NCBI GenBank assembly: GCA_951406725.2
Contig: OX597814.1
Location: forward strand, 121,520,001 to 121,584,000
DNA: 64,000 nucleotides
Source: Octopus vulgaris
Taxonomy: Eukaryota
Direction of reading: 5' to 3'
The notes under the pieces are model-generated. The model had not been told where the DNA came from. It saw only the letters and a list, made by a program, of their open reading frames with translations, and ran no database searches. The position numbers and the translations under genes were made by a program. This document shows positions 55,801-64,000 of this stretch, in pieces. The stretch's first letter is position 1, and each line of letters starts with the position of its first letter.

Positions 55801-58800
55801 TAGTATATTTTTTATATCGTGCTTTCACTTCACTACCGAGCACAGCTCTGTGTGCCTTGGGTATGTGCTGTGATTTGTGGTGATGCTCTGATGCTTATTG
55901 TATGGAAAGTGTTCTGCGTAGGATGTGTGCAGTGCCTAGTAGTGCAATTTTCTGTATGTTATATGTGTTTGTAAGTCCTGGTGTTTTTGTTATGTATTTG
56001 TCTGAATATTATTTTATTTTGCCGAATGCACCTATTATGATAGGAATTGTTTCTGCTTTTAGATTCCACATTCTGGTTACCTCTATTTCCAGGTCTTTGT
56101 ATTTTGAAAGTTTCTCCATTTCTTTTAGAGACACGTATCATCCGCTGGTATTGATACATCAATTAGAAAACATTTTTTTTCTTCGTGATCTCTGACAACT
56201 ATATCTGGTCTGTTGGTCTTAATTTCTCTATCTGTGTGTATTGGCATATCCCAGAGTGTGGTTGCTTTCTCGATTTCTGTGACCGTTTCTGGTGTGTGCC
56301 TATACAATCTATTTTCTGTTGTTATTCCATAATGTTTGCATAGATTCCAGTGTATATAGGTCCCAACTCTGTCGTGTCTGTGAATATATTCCTTCTTAGC
56401 CAGGACTGGGCAGCCAGAGATAATATGATTTATTGTTTCTTGTCCATCTCCACATATTCTGCAGTTACTTGTTATATTTCTTTTCATTACATGTTTTTGG
56501 TAATTTCTGGTGGGGAAGCTTTGGTCTTGTGCTGCAATTAAAAATCCTTCTGTCTCTGCTTTGAGTACTGAGCTTCTCAACCATTGTTGGGATTTTTCTT
56601 TGTCTATTTCTTTTGCATTTAGTTTAGTCCAGTATTTGCCAGGATGGGGCTTTTCTTGGCATCGTTTTATCATGGTTCGTTGCTGTTCTATTTTTAGTTT
56701 GGATTTCATTTGTTTTATAGCTTTTGTTGTTTCTTCTTCTTCTTCTTCTTCTTCTTCTTCTTCTTCTTCTTCTTCTTCTTCTTCTTCTTCTTCTTCTTCT
56801 TCTTCTTCTTCTTCTTCTTCATATTTGTTAGGTGGTATGATTTCTTGTTTGTATTTGTCAGCTTCCTTAAATACTGAGAACTTTTTTTTGTTTTGCTCGT
56901 GTTTTGCCGCTATTTGTACCAGTTTTCCTTCCTTCTGCAGTAAATATTTTTGCAGTCCTATGGGGGTTATTACATAGTAGTTTTCCAGCTGTATAAGGAC
57001 TCTACCAACATCTATACGTTGTATATATAGTCTTTCTATGTCAGATTTTGGGTGATGCATCCTAGATCCTGTCATTATTTTTCGTGTTTTCCTATCTATT
57101 TTGCTCAGTTCATTTAGTGTCCAGTTAAGGATAAGTGTTGATACCTATTATCTTGTTTTTAGCATTGAGCTCTGTTTTCAGTATTGATCTAACTCGTCTA
57201 TAATATTCTTTTTTTTATTTTCTCTTTCATTTGTGTGTGTGTTGTGTCTTATCTAGTCCATGGATTCCTAAGTATTTGTAAGTTTGGCTTTGGTCTAATT
57301 CTTTTATTTCATTGGTTTTATCTAGTGTGATGTTGCTATTCTTAACTAGATTTCCACTTTTCATGGTTACTTTGGCGCATTACTCTAATCCAAATTTCAT
57401 ATCTATTTCTTTGGTAAATTCATGAACTGTCTTTAGTAGTGTTTCCAGCTGTTTGTCATTTGTAGCGTATAGTTTTAGGTCATCCATATATAAAAGGTAG
57501 CAGATCGATTTGCCGTAACATTTATATCCGCATCCAGTTCTGTTTAGCATATCCGATAGAGGTGACAGTGCCAAGCAGAAAAGGAGTGGAGAGAGCGTAT
57601 CTCCATGGAATATTCCTCTTCTAATGGGGATGGCTTTGGTTTTCATGAGTCCTTCTTTTGTTTGGAGCTGTAGCATTGTTTGCCATTTATTCATAGAGTG
57701 TCCTATGTATTTTATAATGGTTGGTGCAACTTTGTTCATGGCTAGTGTTTCGCGGATCCATGTCTGGGGGATGCTGTCAAACGCCTTTTTGTAGTCGATT
57801 CAGGCCATACTAAGGCCTTTCTTCTTTCTTTAGCTGTCTTCAGTTATGGCTTTATTGGTCATTAGTTGATCTTTACAGCCATATGAGCCTTTGCGGCATC
57901 CTTTCTGCTCTTCTGGAAACAGGTTGTTTTCGTCCAGGTGCTTGTTCAATCTTTGCGATATTACTGCAGTAAATGCTTTATACATTGTAGGGAGACAGGT
58001 TATAGGTCAGTAGTTTTCTGGTTTTGCTGTCTCATTTGATTTGATAATTAAGATGGTTTTCCCCTTCGTGAGCAATTCAGGCATTGTGTCTGGCTCTGCC
58101 AGCATGTTGTTTAAATTTTCAGCCAGCTTTTTGTGCATTCCTGTTAGATATTTCAACCAGAAGTTGGGGATCTTGTCATGCCCAGGTGTCTTCCAGTTGC
58201 TTAGTATTTGCAGTGCCTGGGTGACCACTTCAGTTGTTATGGAGGTCCAAAGTTGCTCAGATGCTGAGTTTGTTGTTTTAATATTTCTTTTTTGGGGGGT
58301 TGTTCGTTCGCCGACCATAATATTCTCCAGAATAATTCCACTTCTGCCGTTCGTGCTGTAGTGATTTCTATTTTATTTTTGCCAAGTTCTTGGTAGAACT
58401 TTTTGGGGTTGGAGTTGAACTGTTTGTTTTGTTCAAAGAAACGTTGGCGTTTCTCTTACCGGCGGATCCTTTGTGCTCTGGCAAGGATATCTTACTTTAG
58501 CTTTTCTTTTATCTCAGGTAAATCTTTTTCTGTGGTGCTGTATTTGCGGAGTATTTTTTGTTTTCTTTTTGTTGCTCAGTAGCGTTGATTGTCTACTGAT
58601 TTCATTAAGAATCGACAGATCTTTTCTCCTTTTTTGTATTTTGTTTTGGATGTTATATATCCACAGGGTTTGTTTGGGTGGTGGTACTCCTGTTTGGATG
58701 GGTCTGAGTGAGTATCCAGCTTCTTTTGTGGCTGCAGTGGCTGCTGCGTATACTAAGTCATTTAGCTCAGTGATATCGCTTTTTGTTTCAGTGGCTATTA

Positions 58801-59933
58801 GTTCCGTGACGGCTAGGTTTATGTTGTTTATAATTGATGTTGTTGTTTTGTCTATTTTGATTTTTGGGAGGTATGGTCGGTGGTCCATTTTATCTCTGTG
58901 GTTTTCAGTTCTTTGATTATTCTACTTTTTATAGTTTCATAATCATTAGGCTTCCCTTCGTTGTTTCCAGGTTTTAAATTTGTGTCGCTTTCTATCTCAT
59001 CTGTATGTTTGTTTGTCGTGTTTTGGCTTGCTGTTTGTCGTGTATTATTATGTATCCTTACGGTCTGGGTTTGTTGTTTTTTGTTTACATCGTTTTTGTT
59101 GGAAATGTTACGTTTGTCTTCGTGCTTTACTGTTTCAGTGTTTGAATTATTTGGCATTGTTGTGTGGCTTCTATCTACATTTTCCTGATGTATTTTTGCT
59201 TTTAAATGTTCTATTTCTATTTCCGATATTTTTTTTGCGTTGAGAATATATATCTCCGTATATTTGCTAGTTTATTTGGGTTCATTGTTGTATCCAGGTC
59301 TTTATTTATGTTATTTTTCTTCCATATTTTGTATGTATGTGTTGTTGTATTTTCATTCTTTGGGTAGAGTACTGCTGTAAATTATGCGTGTAGGATTGAA
59401 ATGTATTCCTCACGTGTCCATTTATGTCTTTTGGGTTTTATTTGCGGGACATGAAGAACAGCGTCCGGCCCATTATTTTGACGGTCGTCATTTTCGTAGG
59501 GTACCGGTCCGTTCATTTCTGTTGTCACATTGTTTTGCATGTGTAGTTTTTCGTACGTTTTATGTTGTAAGTTTACAGTGCGTATTTCCCGATTGTTATT
59601 CTTGGGTTGAATAATACCGGTATTATTTAATTTATTCGTAGTTTTTTTGTACATGGTGTTTGGGGCCGGAGATGACCTGGTGTTGATGGATCGTAATGTA
59701 TCAAGCATGTTTACATGTGTTGTGTTAGAGGTGGATATGATGTCGAGTTAAAATACATCATTTCGTTTAGAAAATAGTAATAAATTTCCATGAGTATTAC
59801 TTACTCGGATATAGTTCAAATCCTTTGTCAGTTATTTTTTATCTCCATGCGATGTCTTTGTTTCCGATGTTTGTGGATTGATTTCGGAGCACTGTTTTAT
59901 CGCTCTCACATGTTTAACGTCCCCGGTGTAATC
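55798..59933 (-). mobile_element. Near full-length R4/Dong-clade non-LTR retrotransposon (RT plus restriction-like endonuclease), ORF broken by stops and frameshifts
   Basis: Minus-strand ORF pieces lie in canonical order: Myb-like KPKRHKWTREEY (59382-59708); RPYLPK/ELNDLVYAAA (58514-58888); NWKTPGHDKIPNFWLK..PENY (58007-58318); IRRGIFHGDTLSPLLF and LLYMDDLKLYA (57380-57739); ETEGFLIAAQDQ, CCHC knuckle CRICG..ETINHIISGC, RHD and NRPDIVV..DVSIP (56125-57075); C-terminal LRRTLSIQ* ending at 55895. About 100 bp of 3' UTR follows, and (ATT)n flanks both ends. Confidence 0.93.
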
Positions 59934-59971
<38 letters not shown>

Positions 59972-60229
59972 TTGTTGTTGTTGTTCTTTTTGTTGTTGCT
60001 GCTGTTGTTGTTATTATTAGTATTATTATAAGTAATATTATTACTATTATTAGTTACTTTTAGTCTGCATGTTTGTTACAATCATTCGCCGAGACACACC
60101 CGACGTTCTAGCGTGAGTGAAGGATAATAGATTTTAGATTATAACGGAAAGCTTCGGGAGAGGAGGTAGCAGACACAGTAGCGAAAATTCTCCATATAAT
60201 ACAACAATTCATTATAGGGTTTTATCCCT

Positions 60230-60550
60230 ATCATGTTGTAATACAACATATTAAGTTATTTTCCTAAGGTTGTCGGTAGTAATTGTCAGCAGAATCTTTA
60301 GGATTTCTCTGAGATATGATTCTCCTAATATATTATCTAGATGCTTCTGACATCCCACAATAACAGGAACAGTTTTCGCTTTAATATGCCTCATCTTTTC
60401 TATTTCAATATCCAGGTCATTTTATTTACTTAATTTATCAAATTCCTTTACACATATATTTTTATCAGTGGGAACGCTTAGATCTATTAGTCTACATGTA
60501 TTTTCTTACTGTCTTTAGTGATTATGTCTGGTTGATTACTCTGGATTTAT
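60230..60550 (-). mobile_element. R4/Dong-like 3' fragment
   Basis: NQPDIITKD, IDLSVPTDKN and DLDIEIEKMRHIKAKTVPVIVG. Confidence 0.8.
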
Positions 60551-60624
60551 CTGTTATTATTATTATTCTTGTTGTTGTTGTTGATGTTGTGGTTGATGTT
60601 ATTATTATTATAATTATTATTACT

Positions 60625-60790
60625 ATATGAAAACTCACAGCTTATTTTGCTGGGTATGATGGGAAGTGTCAGCTGTCCAAAGCCAGCAGACTAGGGTGAC
60701 ACTATTGGTCATGCTTCAAGTGCTCTGAGAAGAATTCTTGCAGTTCCAAGCAATGCTGATTTTAGTAGGTGTTCTACCTTCACACATACA
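60625..60790 (-). mobile_element. R4/Dong-like extreme 3' end
   Basis: LLKSALLGTARILLRALEA* followed by a short UTR that abuts (ATT)n. Confidence 0.75.
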
Positions 60791-60840
60791 CCACTTTTTT
60801 TCAGTCATGCTGGTACCTGAGGGATTATCATTATTATTAT

Positions 60841-61392
60841 TGAGTGAGATGCAGTGCATACCTCCTAGTGAGCTGGGGTACAAATATACAAAGGCGAATC
60901 TACCCGTCATGACTACTTCATGACTACTTCACATAAGTGTAAACCAGGCACATGTATCACAACGATATGTGAGCGACATGGTGATCTCATATCAAGATAA
61001 ACAGCGCATGATTTGCAGGTGATAGCCAAGTTAGAATTTTCTTCATGTTGAGTGGCATACCCTGATTAATAAGTCCCTGAATAAGGGTTGTTTATGTATG
61101 TTGAACAAAACACCCATGTTTCCAGAGCTGAATTTTTCAAACTCCAGAGAATTCCTCTCTAGACATGGCTATGATTCTCTCCCACGATTTCTGCTCGTAG
61201 TCAGAGATGCTTTTATATAACTAGCAGACAGTCTCAGTTGGTTAAGCTCAAGCAATTGGCTAGCAACTCTGTGGCATTGAGCAGAATATATGTGGTAGCC
61301 CACCTTTTATACCAAGACAAAACAATGTTCTTGCTAACACTAGCAATCAGTTAAGATCAAAAACAACTCTCTGGTACTGCATTAGAGCAATT
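60841..61392. mobile_element. Unclassified ~550 bp non-coding interspersed element, near full-length copy
   Basis: Colinear with 61441-61997. Begins (ATT)n-GAGTGAGA and ends GGTACTGCATT..(ATT/ATC)n. Confidence 0.8.
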
Positions 61393-61406
61393 ATCATCAT
61401 CATCAC

Positions 61407-61440
<34 letters not shown>

Positions 61441-61993
61441 GAATGAAAGGAGAGTAGTGCATACCATCAAAGTGACACTGGGGAAAAATAAACGAAGCCC
61501 AGTATACCCATCATGTCTACCCGTCTGATAAGTGTACCCCAGGCACATGCACCACAACCATATGTGCACAGCATGATCTTATATCAAAATAAGCAGTGCG
61601 TGACCTTGTAGGTAAGGCCCAGTTAGACTTTTCTTCGGGTAGAATAGCCCATTCCGTTCAAAAGGACACTGAATAATGGTTGTTGAAGGATGTTGAACGA
61701 AATACGTATGTTTTCCTCGGGTGAATTATTGAAAACCCAAAGATATTCTCTCAACACATGGTTATTATGCTCCTTACTACTTCTGCTTGTGATCAAAGAT
61801 GAACATATCATCAACCACCAAGGAACATCCTCAACTCGTTAACGTCCAACAACTCACAAACAAAGCTGCAGCATTGAACAGAATATTTGCGGTAGCCCTA
61901 GTTTTATACGATTGGAAAATATATACATAATAACACTCCTTATCAATCAAGTTCAGATACCATTTGAAACGCTACCTGGCCCTGCATCAGGAC

Positions 61994-61997
<4 letters not shown>
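61441..61997. mobile_element. Unclassified ~550 bp element, second near full-length copy
   Basis: Tandem diverged copy of 60841-61392, with (ATT)n on both sides. Confidence 0.8.
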
Positions 61998-62050
<53 letters not shown>

Positions 62051-62051
62051 C

Positions 62052-62930
62052 ATTTCCTTCGTTCTTCAAATTTTCTTCCGTCTCTCGCCGATTGTTTTCC
62101 GTACACCTAGGGCAGAGAAGCTCATTGTATGCATTCCCAGATTACACACGCAAATTCACAGGTAAACTATGTATTTAAAAAATTAATAAATAAATAAACT
62201 CATGAATAGATGTTGTTTCCATATCGATAATGCTCTTCTCAGTACATGAGCCGTTCCAGTTAACACGATTTTTTGCACTCACTGGATGTCAACCAGAGTC
62301 CTAAGGCACGTGTATTTTACATGGAGAGAAACTTCCTGAGAATGGCGGCGGTTGATGTGAACACAACTTTTTGACTTTCATAGATTGTTGCTTTCACAAG
62401 GACCAGGTCTAAATATTTGTCATCATCTTTCTTGATCATTCCCTGGGCACCCACAACCTCAGGGATGCTTTTGGATTCTAATGGCCACATCCTAGATATC
62501 TCGTTCTCAAAGTCATGATATTTTGACAGTCTTTTTTAATTCCTTTGTTGAGACTTTTTATCAGTAGGCACTGTCATATTAATTAACAGGCTTTTTCCTT
62601 TTATTTTCAGTCTTTGATGACGATGTCTGGTGTGTTATCATTTATTTGCCTGTCTGTATATATCTTATTATTCCATAGGATGGTAACATTCTCTCACTCA
62701 GTGACTGACTTTGGATGGTGTTCATACCAGTTCTTAGAGTGCGCGATATCATAGTGATGACATACGCTCTAGCGTAAGTATTGGCCAACTCGATTGATCA
62801 TGCCTGGTTTCATATTCTATAGGGTCAAAGACTGAGCAATCGACAAAATGTGATAAATACTCTCCAGTTTGTCATTGCAAAGTCCACACTTTGTCCACCT
62901 CATTGTGTGTGACAATAGCTTGGTCGTTCC
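62052..62930 (-). mobile_element. R4/Dong-like 3' fragment with UTR
   Basis: CGLC; VGQYLR..WYEHHPKSV..VTILWN; NTPDIVIKD; YHDFENEISRMWPL; KIVLTGTAHVLRRALS. Confidence 0.85.
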
Positions 62931-62954
62931 GACTGAGTATTAATATTATTATAG

Positions 62955-63042
62955 TATGTTTGATTTTTGATTTACATTTGTACAATTTGGCTCCAAGTCT
63001 CACCCAGAGACCTCAAGAGACAACGAGTTGGAAGTTCATGTT
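62955..63042 (-). mobile_element. Isolated 3' UTR of the Dong subfamily seen at 47.7 kb
   Basis: Reverse complement of 47765-47852, sharing CTCTTGAGGTCTCTGGGTGAGACTTGGAG. Confidence 0.85.
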
Positions 63043-63096
63043 GGCGCTATATTATTATTAATATTATTATTATTATCATTATTATTATTATTATTA

Positions 63097-63147
<51 letters not shown>

Positions 63148-63289
63148 TCATTATTATCATTATTATTATTATTATTATCATTATCATCATCATTATTATT
63201 ATTATTAGTAGTAGTATTATTGTTATTATTATTATTATCATTGTTGTTGTTATTATTATTATTATCATTGTTATTGTTGTTGTTATTTT

Positions 63290-63819
63290 CTTTTTACCAC
63301 AGGTTGTGTTGGGACTCATGGTGTCTTGAATGCGTAGCGGACTTGCTGCGTGCAGCCTACAGTACCATGTTATCCGTTCTTTTTAGCTATCTAATACAGT
63401 CTTGATTATTCTGGCTAATGGATTATTCTGAGTCACGGGTTACTACCTATAACCTTTAGTATCCACAAGTTCTCAGCAGTCTTCGAAGTGCTTCGAACCC
63501 TTCTGATTTTCCTTGCTGTCCTTAAGAGGCAAACTTTCTCTAGGAACTCTACCATACATTCTATTCCAATCTCCTTCAGCCATTTGTTTTTATCCCTCAT
63601 TACTGTTCCCAGCGCACCAATTATTATACACACGACCATTACTGTTCTGAGGCTCCAAATTCTTCCTATTTCAAATTTTAAGGGTTTGTACTTTTTATTT
63701 TCCGCTTTCTTTACAATCCTGGAATCCAACGGTCATGATGGGACGATAAGCAAGCATCTTCACTTTTCCTTATCTCTAACTGTTGTCTGGTCTATTATAT
63801 CCTAACTTCTTGTCCGTAA

Positions 63820-63820
<1 letters not shown>
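63290..63820 (-). mobile_element. R4/Dong-like 3' fragment
   Basis: ORF 63433-63729 contains KKYKPLKFEIGRIW, IIIGALGTV and LLRTARKIRRV. It is flanked by (ATT)n. Confidence 0.9.
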
Positions 63821-63982
<162 letters not shown>

Positions 63983-64000
63983 TTTTATTCAGGTCTTAAT

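Overview
This is AT-rich, microsatellite-saturated eukaryotic non-coding DNA, not prokaryotic. The SINE and LINE families match my recollection of octopus (coleoid cephalopod) repeats; the taxon is an inference. I can support no intact host gene, rRNA, true tRNA or CRISPR array, and most listed ORFs are translations of simple repeats. Main contents: (1) one near full-length but disrupted R4/Dong-like non-LTR retrotransposon (55798-59933, minus) plus more than 15 fragments of related subfamilies, concentrated at (TAA)n/(ATT)n tracts with a strong strand rule; (2) several tRNA-derived, modular SINE families; (3) an unclassified ~550 bp non-coding element flanked by (ATT)n; (4) a decayed Chapaev3-like DNA transposon, CR1 fragments, a mariner-derived MITE and Penelope-like ends with minimal hammerhead motifs. 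The best leads are the tail-to-tail SINE/(ATT)n/Dong nesting, the unclassified element, and a GC-rich island at 9.7-10.0 kb with periodically spaced hammerhead-like core motifs. All assignments are by-eye motif recognition, and boundaries of decayed copies are approximate.
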